From NCBI GenBank assembly GCA_964291295.2, contig OZ219754.1, forward strand, positions 640,001 to 704,000: a stretch of DNA of 64,000 nucleotides. Direction: 5' to 3'. The position numbers were made by a program, and so were the translations under genes. The notes beneath the pieces were generated by a model that saw only the letters and a list, made by a program, of their open reading frames with translations, did not search any database and was not told the origin of the DNA. Source of the DNA: an uncultured Candidatus Binatia bacterium (GTDB lineage: Bacteria > Desulfobacterota > Binatia > UBA9968 > JAJDTQ01). The stretch's first letter is position 1; each line of letters opens with the position of its first letter. Shown piece by piece: positions 21,238 through 30,908 of this stretch.

Positions 21238-21392
21238 GCGAAACTCTCAAAGCCCGGGACTTCATCGTTGATTTCCTTCGCAAGAAACTCGTTGGCCCCT
21301 CTCCCGGTCACCCTGCTGTTCAGATCAATGGAGAGGAGATTCTCCGGCCGCAGGATCCGCCCAGACAGCGCTACGGCGCGGGCATTCTGCCG
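21234..21392 (+). pseudogene. N-terminal stub (about 53 aa) of a DISARM DrmA-like helicase
   Basis: ATGA-coupled to the NERD gene; RDFIVDFLRKKLVGP...EEIL..QDPPRQRYGAGIL resembles DrmA-family N-termini; runs directly into antisense vapC sequence. Confidence 0.55.
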
Positions 21393-21781
21393 ATGCCCTC
21401 GAAGTCCCGGACATTGCGCGTTGCGATGGCCATACCGCGGGAGCGGGCGATCGCTGCAATCTGACAGTCCGCCGGTGCGATGGGCCGGCCCGCCGAGCGC
21501 CGCAGTCCTGCGATGTCCGCGTAGGCCAGCGCCGCCGCGCTGTCGAAAGGAAGGATGCGGTCTTCGAACGCCTCGTGCAGCATGCGCTCAATGTCCGCCA
21601 TCAAGGTTTCCCGACGCCGGCCGGCCGCCAGGATCACAGCGCCATAGCGCAATTCCGCCTCGCCGACAGCAGAGAAGAAGAGATCGTCCAGAGAGTGGTT
21701 GGCAGCCCAGCGTTCCACCGCCGGATGGGGGGACTTGCGGATCAACTCGGACACCACATTCGTGTCGACCAGTACGGCCAT
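21371..21781 (-). CDS. vapC: PIN-domain toxin VapC (FitB-like), C-terminal residues probably lost
   Basis: LVDTNVVSE, AELRYG, ADCQIAAIA, ATRNVRDF; usual INPW ending absent. Confidence 0.85.
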   Translation of the reverse strand: MAVLVDTNVVSELIRKSPHPAVERWAANHSLDDLFFSAVGEAELRYGAVILAAGRRRETLMADIERMLHEAFEDRILPFDSAAALAYADIAGLRRSAGRPIAPADCQIAAIARSRGMAIATRNVRDFEGIGRMPAP

Positions 21782-21791
21782 CGCATCGCGC

Positions 21792-22034
21792 TCATTCGAA
21801 GGACGGGGGTTCGCGCCCGGGTCCACGCGGCGGCAATTCCAGGTCCACTCCGTTGCCTGGACCGAAGTGCGAGCGGGCAATTCCCGCGAGATCCCGCCTG
21901 TCCTGCCCGCGCTTGACAGCGTCGCGCAGGATGATGCGCACTTCTTCTTCCATCGACCGGCGATGCTTGGCGGCGCGCACGCGCAGGCGTGTTTTCACGT
22001 CATCGTCGAGATTGCGGATCGTGATGCTGGCCAT
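21792..22034 (-). CDS. FitA-like ribbon-helix-helix antitoxin
   Basis: MASITIRNLDDDVKTRLRVRAA..RSMEEEVRIIL, directly upstream of vapC; GAGGGAG RBS. Confidence 0.88.
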   Translation of the reverse strand: MASITIRNLDDDVKTRLRVRAAKHRRSMEEEVRIILRDAVKRGQDRRDLAGIARSHFGPGNGVDLELPPRGPGREPPSFE

Positions 22035-22389
22035 GCCCGTCTCCCTCGTTCGTAGAGTGTCCAGTTTACGCGGCGCTGACGATGCCATCAAGCAGTCAAC
22101 ACACCCCGACAGGCGTCGCGAGCGGAGAGGCCGGTGTGCCGCTTGTCAAGCCGCTGGCGTGACGTTCGCCGGCTCGCCATGTGCGGCGACACCCGTGCTC
22201 TACGGCAACGAACCGACCGGCACACGAGTGCCAGCTTGCGATGTACGACGAGTACCGCCTGCCGCTTGCAGGGCGCACGTCGTCTTGTCACCGCATTCGC
22301 CGATGTCGCCGGGACGACAACGCGGAACGCGCTCGGAGGTCGCGGCTCGGTCGTCTCGTTCAATCGCCGCTACCGATCCAATCTCTTGA

Positions 22390-23382
22390 AGACCTGACCG
22401 GCGGCATCCTGTGGGTCGCCGACCGCGACGAGTTATGCGAGCAGGCGGTCGAAGCCTGGAGCCAAGTGTGGACCGGTAAGGGCGCTCGCCAGGAGCGGCT
22501 CCGAATTTCGCGGTTGTGGCAGGGTCAATCCGATCCTCTGCCGACCGGCGAGCGCCATGTCGTGGTTGCCTCCGTCCAGACGCTGGCTGCCAGATTCCGG
22601 AAACGGCCGGAGGACTTTGCCTTCCTCGCCGACTTCGCGCTGGTGGTTTTCGACGAAGCGCATCGCTCGATTGCGCCGACCTATACGGAGGTCATGCGGG
22701 AACTCGGCATGGCCGGACGCCGCCGCCAGCCCGGCGAGCCGTTCCTGATCGGCCTGACCGCAACGCCCTATCGCGGCCATAACGAACGGGAGACCGAATG
22801 GCTGGTCCGGCGCTACGGCGAGGTTCGCCTGGATGCCGGGGCCTTCCGCAGCACCGACCCGCATGACGTCGTTGGCGAATTGCAGGAGATGACGGTTCTT
22901 GCCGAGGCCGACCAAGGGGAAATAGCCGGCGGCGCGCCGAGCCTGAGCGACGACGAACTGAGTGAGATGAAGTCTTCGCCTTGGCTGCCCCGGAGCGCCT
23001 AAGGCCGCATTGCGCGGGATTCTGAACGAACCATGCGCATCGTCGAGGCGTTCGCGACGCATATCGAGCCGGATTGGCCCACTTTGGTCTTCGCGACTTC
23101 GGTCGAACACGCGCAAACTGTGGCGGTGCTTCTCAACGGGCGCGGTATTGTCGCGCGCGCGGTCAGCGGCGAAACCGACTCCGCGACGCGCCGCGAACCC
23201 GCGCGATCGTGGTGGCGCGTCCGGTCTACAGCCCGAACCTCTATTTCCAGATGATCGGGCGCGGCCTGCGCGGCAGGCTGAACGGCGGCAACGACCGGTG
23301 CCTCATCCTCAATGTGCGCGACAATATCCTGAATTTCGACCGGCAGCTCGCATTCTCGGACCTCGACTGGTTGTGGGGATAA
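22390..23382 (+). pseudogene. SF2 DEAD/DEAH (ResIII/SSL2-like) helicase, C-terminal fragment
   Basis: ILWVADRDELCEQA, FDEAHR, GLTATP, QMIGRGLR; no Walker A, TAA at 23000, 82-bp deletion at about 23194 relative to the copy at 63593-64000. Confidence 0.85.
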
Positions 23383-23694
23383 AACTTGACGATGAAATCC
23401 CCGGCTGCTTGGAACCCAGCCCAGCACCACTCCCATCATCCTGCCTCCGAATCTCAGCCCCCGTGATACCCTGCAATTCTCACCCCAATACATCCTTTCG
23501 TTTCGAGAGCCTCCCTCCTGATGATCTCCGACTTCCTTGCTTCAGGCTCACTTTGCATTGGGCAAGACTCACCTCGCCGCCCAATCACACGCGCCTGATA
23601 AACGCTCCGGCGCCGCTCGAAGTGGTCGCCGAGTCTCATGCCTGCCGCACTCCCCCGGAAAACCCGGGGCGGACTCAACCAGGGTTTGTCCAAG

Positions 23695-26600
23695 TCATAC
23701 GAAATCGAAGTCCCAGGCATCCATCTCGGTCACGCCTTCAACCACGATCAGGCCGCCGCCCACATCCGTCAGATCGATGACTACTTCGCCGGTGTTTCTC
23801 GTGGTGATTCTGCCCTCGAGGTCGTTGAAGTCATCTATGCCGGTGAAGCCGGAAAGCTGGATGGTGTCCTCCTCTCCGTACGTCTCGAAATCCTTGATCG
23901 TGTCGACATCGTCACTGCTCGAGGAGCCGTTGGTGAAAACGAATGTATCGTCGTTCCGACCGCCGACCAGGTCGTCGTTGCCCTCGCCGCCATGCAAGGT
24001 GTCGTCGCCGTAGCTGCCGACCAGGACATCGTTGCCCTCGCCACCATGCAAGGTGTCGTCGCCGTGGTCGCCAATCACGATGTCATCGCCCGCACCGCCA
24101 TGCAAGGTGTCGTCGCCCCAGCTGCCATACAGGGTGTCATCGCCCGCACCGCCATGAAAGGTGTCGTCGCCCCAGCTGTCATCCAGGGTGTCATCGCCCG
24201 CACCGCCATGCAAGGTGTCGTCGCCCCGGCCGGCATACAGGGTGTCATCGCCCGCACCGCCATGCAGGGTGTCGTCGCCCCGGGATAAGTCTTTCAGGCT
24301 AAGGTTGGCAGGCCCGGTCCCGTAGCTGTCGAACCTGAAATCCCTGTTGCCGTCAAGGGAGCTTGCCTGTACGCCCAGTAACCTGATGCTGTCGCCGCCG
24401 CCTCTGGCGCCGTAGAAGATGATCGTGTCGTCGCCGCTGCTGGCCTGACGGATATCGAGCGCTCCGAAGATATGAATCCTGTCGCCGTTTCCGAAATCGG
24501 TAATGTTGTCGCTCCCGTCGCCCACCCGGAACATGAAGGTATCGGCGCCCACGCCGCCGGTCAGGGTATCGCGACCCGAACCGCCGTTCAGGGTGTCGTC
24601 GCCCGAACCGCCATACAGGGTATCGTCGCCCGAACCGCCATACAGGGTATCGTGACCCGAACCGCCGTTCAGGGTGTCTTTGTCCGAACCGCCATACAAG
24701 GTGTCGTCGCCCGCACCGCCGAGCAGGACATCGTTCCAGGTTTCCGCACCGCGGTCTTTGCTGAGTATGAAATCGGCAAACCCCGTCGTCGTCCCGGTCA
24801 GGGTGTCGTTGCCGTCGGTACCCTTCTGGATGCGGCCGGCGTCGATGCGGCGGCCGGTGTCGATGCGGCTGTACCTCTTCGTGCCATCCCAGTCATCGTC
24901 CGGGGGATTCGGAAACCTCTTTGGTTCGGAGGGTACAAACTCGTAGGAGGTGGCGAATTTGAAATCGCTGGCGCCAAGGGAGTCCGTCTGTTTGTTCAGC
25001 AATGTGACCGTGTCGCCGCCAGCGCCGTAGCTGACGATCGCGTCGTCCCCATCCTGACGGATGTCGAGCGCGCCAAAACCGCCAGGAACCCCAATGATAT
25101 GAATCCTGTCGCCGTTCCCGAAATCGGTAATGGTGTCGTCCCCGTCTCCCGCCAGAAATACGAAGGCATCGGCACCCGAACCGCCGGTGAGGACATCGTT
25201 GCCCTTGCCGCCAAGCAAGGTGTCGTTGCCCTTGCCGCCGGCGAGGGTGTCTTTGTCCGAACCGCCATACAAGGTGTCGTCGCCGTTACCGCCCTCCAGA
25301 GTATCGTTGCCCGAACCGCCGTGCAGGGTATTGTTACCCCTGCTGACGGCGGTCAGGGTGTCGTCGCCCCCGCCACCGAGCAGGACGCCGGGCAGGACGC
25401 CGGGCAGAACATCGCCCTTGTAGTTGAGCACGATGATGTTGGACGGACGGCCGTCCCAAGTCATGGTGTCGTCGCCGTCGCCGCGCCTGTGTATGCGTTT
25501 GGAGCCCGCGCCCACGCCCGCGCCATCCCAAGCATCGTCCAGGGGTGTCGTCGCCTTGTTGCCGCCCCCGAACAGCATGTTCTGAGCCTTGCCGCTTCCG
25601 CCGTACAGGGAGAGGATGGCGGGCTTGGACCCGCCGCTGCCAACAAAGTCTCTTGATTGAAGGAACAAGGCACCCGCCTGTATGGTCAGCAATGTGACCG
25701 TGTCGCCGCCATCGCCGTAGCTGATAACTGTGGCGTCGCCGTCCTGCCGGATATTGCGCCACCCGAAACCATCGGAAACCCCATAGAGATGGATCTTGTC
25801 GCCGTCCAGGAGATCGACAATGGTATCGTTCCCATCTCCCGTCCGAAACACGAAAGTGTCGCCGTCCCAACCGCTTTCCAGGGTGTCGTCGCCCTTGCCG
25901 CCAATCAAGATGTTTTTGCCCCGGGCGACTTTCATGGTGTCGTCGCCGTCGGTGCCTCTACGTATGGAGACGTTGCCCGCGGAATCCCAGTCATCGTCCC
26001 AGGGAGTCGGCACCTTCTGATTGGGGCCAGACGGCTTGTCTGGAGTCTGACTGGCGCCCTGTACGAGAGGGCTGTCCTGAGTGCCGGGAAGGCTTTGGCT
26101 CGCGTCGGGAAGCAGGAAGTCGTCCTCGCCCAAGGAGTTCGCCGACACGCCCCGCAGGGTGATCGTGTCGCCGTCGCCGTAGTGGATCACGGCATCAGCG
26201 CCGTCCTGACGGATATCCAGCCCCTCGAAGCCAACCGGGACCCCGTCGAGACGAATCCGGTCGCCTTCCCCGAAATCGGTGATCGTGTCGGTGCCATCCC
26301 CCACCGCGAACACGAAGGTGTCGTCGCCAGGACCGCCCGTCAGCGTATCGTCGCCGTCGCCGCCCGTCAGCGTGTCGTCGCCCTTGTGGCCCCTCAGCGT
26401 ATCGTCGCCGCTGCCACCGGCCAGCGTGTCGTCGCCCTTGTGGCCTTTCAGAACGTCGTCGCCGTCGCCGCCGGTCAGCGTGTCGTCGCCCTTGCCGCCC
26501 CTCAGCGTATCGTCGCCGCTGCCACCGGCCAGCGTGTCGTCGCCCTTGCGGCCTTTCAGGACGTCGTCGCCGTCGTCGCCGGTCAGCGTGTCCGCGCGGT

Positions 26601-27105
26601 TGCCGCCTTTCAGCGTCTTCCCTTCTGCAGATTCAACCGGAAGGAAGTGGAAGTCGTCCGCGCCGAGCGAGGCCGCCGTCACGCCCTGCAGTATGATCTT
26701 GTCACCCTCGCCGTAGCGGATGACCGCATTGGTGCCGTCCTGCTTGATCACCAGCGCCGGGAAACCGCCGGCCACCCCGGCAATCTCGATCGTTTCGCCG
26801 GCCTCGAAATCGGCGATCGTGTCTTCGCCGTCCCCCACCGTAAACGCGAAGGTGTCCGCCCCCATGCCGCCATACAGGGTGTCCGCGCCCGTGCCGCCCC
26901 TCAGCGTGTCGTCCCCGGTGCCGCCGAACAGAGAATCGTTGCCCGAACCGCCATCAACCGTGTCGTTCCCGTTGCCGCCATACAGGGTGTCAACGCCGTC
27001 GCCGCCGTCCAGCGTATCGTCGCCACCGCCGCCGTCCAGCGTATCGTCGCCCATACCGCCCTGCAGTTCATCAATGCCATCGCCGCCGGTCCGCTCAATA
27101 CCCAT
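23695..27105 (-). CDS. RTX (hemolysin-type Ca-binding repeat) protein, 1136 aa, copy 1
   Basis: Many GGxGxDxLx nonamers in about six modules, each ending DTF.F..GDG.DTI.DF; no signal peptide; C-terminal DFDFV; AGGAGG RBS. Confidence 0.93.
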   Translation of the reverse strand: MGIERTGGDGIDELQGGMGDDTLDGGGGDDTLDGGDGVDTLYGGNGNDTVDGGSGNDSLFGGTGDDTLRGGTGADTLYGGMGADTFAFTVGDGEDTIADFEAGETIEIAGVAGGFPALVIKQDGTNAVIRYGEGDKIILQGVTAASLGADDFHFLPVESAEGKTLKGGNRADTLTGDDGDDVLKGRKGDDTLAGGSGDDTLRGGKGDDTLTGGDGDDVLKGHKGDDTLAGGSGDDTLRGHKGDDTLTGGDGDDTLTGGPGDDTFVFAVGDGTDTITDFGEGDRIRLDGVPVGFEGLDIRQDGADAVIHYGDGDTITLRGVSANSLGEDDFLLPDASQSLPGTQDSPLVQGASQTPDKPSGPNQKVPTPWDDDWDSAGNVSIRRGTDGDDTMKVARGKNILIGGKGDDTLESGWDGDTFVFRTGDGNDTIVDLLDGDKIHLYGVSDGFGWRNIRQDGDATVISYGDGGDTVTLLTIQAGALFLQSRDFVGSGGSKPAILSLYGGSGKAQNMLFGGGNKATTPLDDAWDGAGVGAGSKRIHRRGDGDDTMTWDGRPSNIIVLNYKGDVLPGVLPGVLLGGGGDDTLTAVSRGNNTLHGGSGNDTLEGGNGDDTLYGGSDKDTLAGGKGNDTLLGGKGNDVLTGGSGADAFVFLAGDGDDTITDFGNGDRIHIIGVPGGFGALDIRQDGDDAIVSYGAGGDTVTLLNKQTDSLGASDFKFATSYEFVPSEPKRFPNPPDDDWDGTKRYSRIDTGRRIDAGRIQKGTDGNDTLTGTTTGFADFILSKDRGAETWNDVLLGGAGDDTLYGGSDKDTLNGGSGHDTLYGGSGDDTLYGGSGDDTLNGGSGRDTLTGGVGADTFMFRVGDGSDNITDFGNGDRIHIFGALDIRQASSGDDTIIFYGARGGGDSIRLLGVQASSLDGNRDFRFDSYGTGPANLSLKDLSRGDDTLHGGAGDDTLYAGRGDDTLHGGAGDDTLDDSWGDDTFHGGAGDDTLYGSWGDDTLHGGAGDDIVIGDHGDDTLHGGEGNDVLVGSYGDDTLHGGEGNDDLVGGRNDDTFVFTNGSSSSDDVDTIKDFETYGEEDTIQLSGFTGIDDFNDLEGRITTRNTGEVVIDLTDVGGGLIVVEGVTEMDAWDFDFV

Positions 27106-27163
27106 CGCAAATCCTCCTGTCCGTAAGCCACCCTCTCCAAACCATCCGTCACGCTGACACTGA

Positions 27164-27196
27164 CATATACTCCCCCCCCCCCCCCCCTCAAGTCAA
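27164..27196 (-). promoter_or_regulatory. Putative RTX promoter with a G16 tract between -35-like and -10-like hexamers
   Basis: C16 at 27172-27187; minus strand reads TTGACTTGA-G16-AGTATATG, about 60 nt before the ATG. Confidence 0.55.
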
Positions 27197-27229
27197 GGCC
27201 TTGTCCAATGTTTTTTGCATTGAACAAGA

Positions 27230-27799
27230 CTACCCCTACCCATGCCCCACAAGTGATGCTGAACATTTGATTCGGGCGGTGCTACGGTGTCGGCATGGAT
27301 GTTCAGCACCAGATCCGGCACCAGCTTGCGCAGCGTGGGTCGGTGCATCATATCACCGAGCTTCTGGATGCGGGGGGCCTTCCGCATCGCACGGCGCTTG
27401 CCGAACGTCTGTGTGCTGATTTCGGTTTCCGCGATGGCCGGGGGCAGCCTCAGGTCGCCACCTGCCTGTCCGCCCTGCGGGCTCTGGAGCGGGCCGGGCA
27501 GATCCGGCTTCCGGCCCGGCGAACGCCCGGTGGGAGTTGTGTCCGGCGGCGCCGGTCGTCGCTGGTGGTGCCGGCACGGGGGGTTCCGGCGGAGGTTGGT
27601 GAGGTTCGGGGTCTGGCGCTGGTTGCGGTTGTGAGTCCGGCACAGCGGGAGATCTGGCAGGGACTGATGGAGCACGAGCATCCGCAGGGGGCCGGGCCGC
27701 TGGTGGGCCGGCAGATGCGGTATTTGCTGGGGTCGGAACACGGCTGGCTCGGGGCCACGGGGGTGGCGGCATCGGCCCTGCAGCTTGCGGTGCGGGACC
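27230..27799 (+). mobile_element. Truncated IS4-family element (one terminal inverted repeat plus first about 168 codons of the transposase)
   Basis: TIR ctacccctacccatgccccacaagtgatgc at 27230-27259; matches 59175-59744 inverted, identity ends at 27799. Confidence 0.9.
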
Positions 27800-27837
27800 A
27801 GGCGGTGGCGTTTCAGGTTGGACGCGGCGTATCGCGG

Positions 27838-28153
27838 TCACGCCACGGCGCCGAGGCCGTTCTTTGCCACCAGCGTCAACAACTTCAGCGAGGCTCCGCG
27901 CGGGGCTTCTCGCCGCGCTCCCACTGGCTTGCCAGCCCGGTCGTCACGTTGAGGTGGCGCGCAAACACCGCTTGACTCGCATTCTCGCGAAGCCGAAGCG
28001 CGCGGATGTCCTCCGGCGTCATCTCCTCGACGGCGTCAGGCACATCTCGTCGAAGTCCTTCATCGTCCGCTTGGACATCACGCCCGCTTCCGCCATGCCA
28101 AGCGCCGTCTCGTGCACCAATGCCAGGACGTCGCTCCCGTATTGTCCAGCCAT
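27838..28153 (-). pseudogene. HTH antitoxin (HigA/YiaG-like), frameshifted
   Basis: MAGQYGSDVLALVHETA..TMKDFDEMCLTP / IRALRLRENASQAVFARHLNV..QWERGEK / SLKLLTLVAKNGL in shifting frames. Confidence 0.75.
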
Positions 28154-28159
28154 GGCAAT

Positions 28160-28510
28160 TCACCTCACTGAGGTGTCCCGTTCGCCAGCGTCGCTTCAAG
28201 GTTGGCTTGGTCCAACCCGAGCATCTCGCCGGCAAGCGCCCGCACCGCACCGAATTCGGTCCGACGCAGGTTCTCCCGGTCGCTCTTCGCGAACCCGTGT
28301 ACGGAGACAGCACACTCCCCGCGCCTGAGCACCAGCAGTGCCCCGGACTTGGTGTGGCCGGCCGGGCGTCGCGCTGCTTGATGACACCGCCACCGAGATC
28401 GGCGTCCATCAGCCGTTCACGATTCGCTCCACGGCATCGCACAGCGCACCATCCCCGATCCTTTCACGATGGGCGAACCGTGTGGATGGCGTGGTCTTGA
28501 ATGTGCACAA
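28160..28510 (-). pseudogene. RelE-like toxin (COG4737 type), frameshifted
   Basis: DADLGGGVIKQR..RP and VYGFAKSDRENL segments in different frames, upstream of the HTH gene; ends approximate. Confidence 0.7.
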
Positions 28511-29287
28511 TCCAGACTCCGCATAAGTTGTCTATCATGCCGCGTGATGTAGCACCAAGTGTGATACCGATCACGCCACACCGCACACCGGCCACACCAC
28601 GGCTCTTGTCCGCTGTCGCGGGGTCCCATGACCGCGAACGCGGCAGCCGTCCCCGTTTCGACGACAACAGTTCACTACCGTCCGCCGCCGGCCACACCCA
28701 GATGTCGCCTCGCCGAAAGCGGTCGGGAAGACGCGGCCGGCCCGCGAGAAAATCAACGTTGCCACGGGGACCAGGCTCACAACTGCAGCGTGCACATCCG
28801 GGGTTGACGGACCATGAGCATCTTCGTGGAGCGCCGCCAGAAGGGTTGACCGAACGCTCATGGGAGACGTCCCGCCGGCCCGACTTCCACAGCGGCCTGA
28901 GTTCCCTCCATGCCCCATAAGTATCCCGAGATATGAGACGCGGCCGCTTGGTCTCTGGAATATGTCGGACAAGGCCATGCGCCGAGAGAACATCGCCGAA
29001 ACCCGGTGCGCCATGCATGCGAAACGGCGCTGGCCGCTTCCACGGCGCGGCCTGTTTTGTTACCTTGGTTCGCGGCAGACAACGGGTCTCATGCCCAAAA
29101 AGCGCGGACCCATCGTCTTCCTCAAGCGCCGGGACGGCTCCGACTTCTTGCGGCGCCGGCAGTTCAAGCCGGCGCCGGCGTTTCAAACCGGTGGCGGTGT
29201 GCCGGGCAATCCTGCCCCTCTCGACCCCTTTCAAGTCCCTTGTCAAATCCCGTTTCAACTCGCGGTTCCCACACCTCCCACACATCC

Positions 29288-30790
29288 ATGCCTTTCGAGA
29301 AACCGACCCTTGAGCAGATGCGGGTTGTTGCCGGCGGTCTCGGTATCGACTTGTCCGACGACGAACTGGCCGGGTATCTGGAGCGGATGGAGGGGTTCTC
29401 CCGTGCCTATGCGCTGGTGGACGCGGCGCCCGACCCGGTGCCGCGGATTGGCGGGCGCTCCTGGCGGCGTCCGGCGCCGGACTTGAACCGCTGCAATGCC
29501 TGGTTCGTGAAGACGTCCATCCGGGAACAATACGACGGCCGGCTCGCGGGCAGGACTCTGGCCGTGAAGGACTCCATCTCCGTGGCCGGCCTGCCGACGA
29601 TGAACGGCGCCTCGTTCCTGGAGGACTTCGTGCCCGACGCCGACGCCACCGTGGTCACCCGGGTACTCCACGCAGGGGCCGAGATCGTCGGCAAGACCAA
29701 TTGCGAGTACCTTTCGCTCTCGGGCGGAAGCCACACCGGTGCCAACGGGCCGGTCCTCAATCCGCACAAGGCTGGCTGGTCGGCGGGCGGCTCGTCGTCC
29801 GGCAGCGCCGCGGCGGTAGCCGCCGGCGACGCCGACATGGCCTTGGGCTGCGATCAGGCCGGGTCCATCCGGGTGCCCGCGGCCTGGTGCGGCATCGTGG
29901 GATTCAAGCCCAGCCACGGGCTGGTGCCGTACACCGGCATACTCGGGCTGGATGCGATGGTGGACCACTGCGGCCCCATGACGCGGGACGTGGAAACCAA
30001 CGCTCTGCTGCTGGAGGTGCTTGCCGGACGCGACGGCATGGATTCGCGCCAGCCGGGTTCCTGGCAGCCGGTGCGATACAGCCGCGCACGCAGGGCCGGC
30101 GTCAAGGGCTTGCGCGTCGCCCTGGTGCCGGAGGGCTTCGGGCGGCGGAACGCGGAAGCCGAGGTGGATGAACGGGTGCGGGCTGCGGCCTTCACTCTGG
30201 CGGCTGCGGGCCTTGATGTCACGGAGGTTCCGGTGCCCGTTCACGAGCTGGCCTGGCGGCTGTCCCAGCCCATCTACGTCGAGAGTCTCGCCCACTCCAT
30301 GGGCGACTGCGGCATCATGAGCGACGCCGAAGGGTTCGGCTCGTCGAGCCCGGCCGAGTCCTTCGCCGCATGGCGCCGGCGCTGGCGGGAGCTGCCCGAG
30401 AATCTGGTGACGCTGCTCCTGTTCGGCGCCTTCGTGCGCAGCCGCCACCCGGGACGTTACTACGTCAAGGCCCGGCATCTGCGCCGCACCATCCGCCGGG
30501 CTTACGATCAGGTGCTGTCCGAACACGACCTGCTCCTCATGCCCACCACGCCCATGGCCGCAACGCCTCTGCCCGCAGCCGGCAGCAGCGCCTCCGAACG
30601 TTCGCGGCAGGCCGGCGCCATGCTGGCGAACGCCGGCCCCTTCGCCGTCACCGGCCATCCGGCCATCTCCCTGCCGTGCGGCGCCACCACGGACGGACGG
30701 CCCGTGGGCATGATGCTGGTGGGACGGCATTTCGACGAAGCGACCGTCTACCGGGCCGCATTTGCTTTCGAGAAGGCGCACGGGAAATGA
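29288..30790 (+). CDS. Amidase signature family protein
   Basis: AVKD, GKTN, GGSSSGS, DQAGSIRVPAAWCG, LLMPT. Confidence 0.93.
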   Translation: MPFEKPTLEQMRVVAGGLGIDLSDDELAGYLERMEGFSRAYALVDAAPDPVPRIGGRSWRRPAPDLNRCNAWFVKTSIREQYDGRLAGRTLAVKDSISVAGLPTMNGASFLEDFVPDADATVVTRVLHAGAEIVGKTNCEYLSLSGGSHTGANGPVLNPHKAGWSAGGSSSGSAAAVAAGDADMALGCDQAGSIRVPAAWCGIVGFKPSHGLVPYTGILGLDAMVDHCGPMTRDVETNALLLEVLAGRDGMDSRQPGSWQPVRYSRARRAGVKGLRVALVPEGFGRRNAEAEVDERVRAAAFTLAAAGLDVTEVPVPVHELAWRLSQPIYVESLAHSMGDCGIMSDAEGFGSSSPAESFAAWRRRWRELPENLVTLLLFGAFVRSRHPGRYYVKARHLRRTIRRAYDQVLSEHDLLLMPTTPMAATPLPAAGSSASERSRQAGAMLANAGPFAVTGHPAISLPCGATTDGRPVGMMLVGRHFDEATVYRAAFAFEKAHGK

Positions 30791-30908
30791 AGCTTGGGGA
30801 ACCGACACAAACGTGGCAACGACCGTTGCGCGATGCTTTCCGGCAACGGCCACCTTCCTGACCGGTTTCCGGAATCGCCGGGTTCCGGAACCGCAACCTG
30901 AGGTTTCC

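Larger units (their letters stand above)
23057..27799. repeat. Copy 1 of a >=4.7-kb inverted duplication (helicase end, RTX gene, poly-G, IS end); partner at 59175-64000
   Basis: Positions pair as p+q=86975 (RTX), 86974 (IS) and 87057 (helicase beyond the deletion); near-identical ORF translations. Confidence 0.97.

Noticed and set aside
29165-29235. tRNA-Sec (selC) suggested by ccggcgtttcaaaccgg
   Set aside because: Anticodon stem imperfect; no TTCGA T-loop in a proper stem and no acceptor stem
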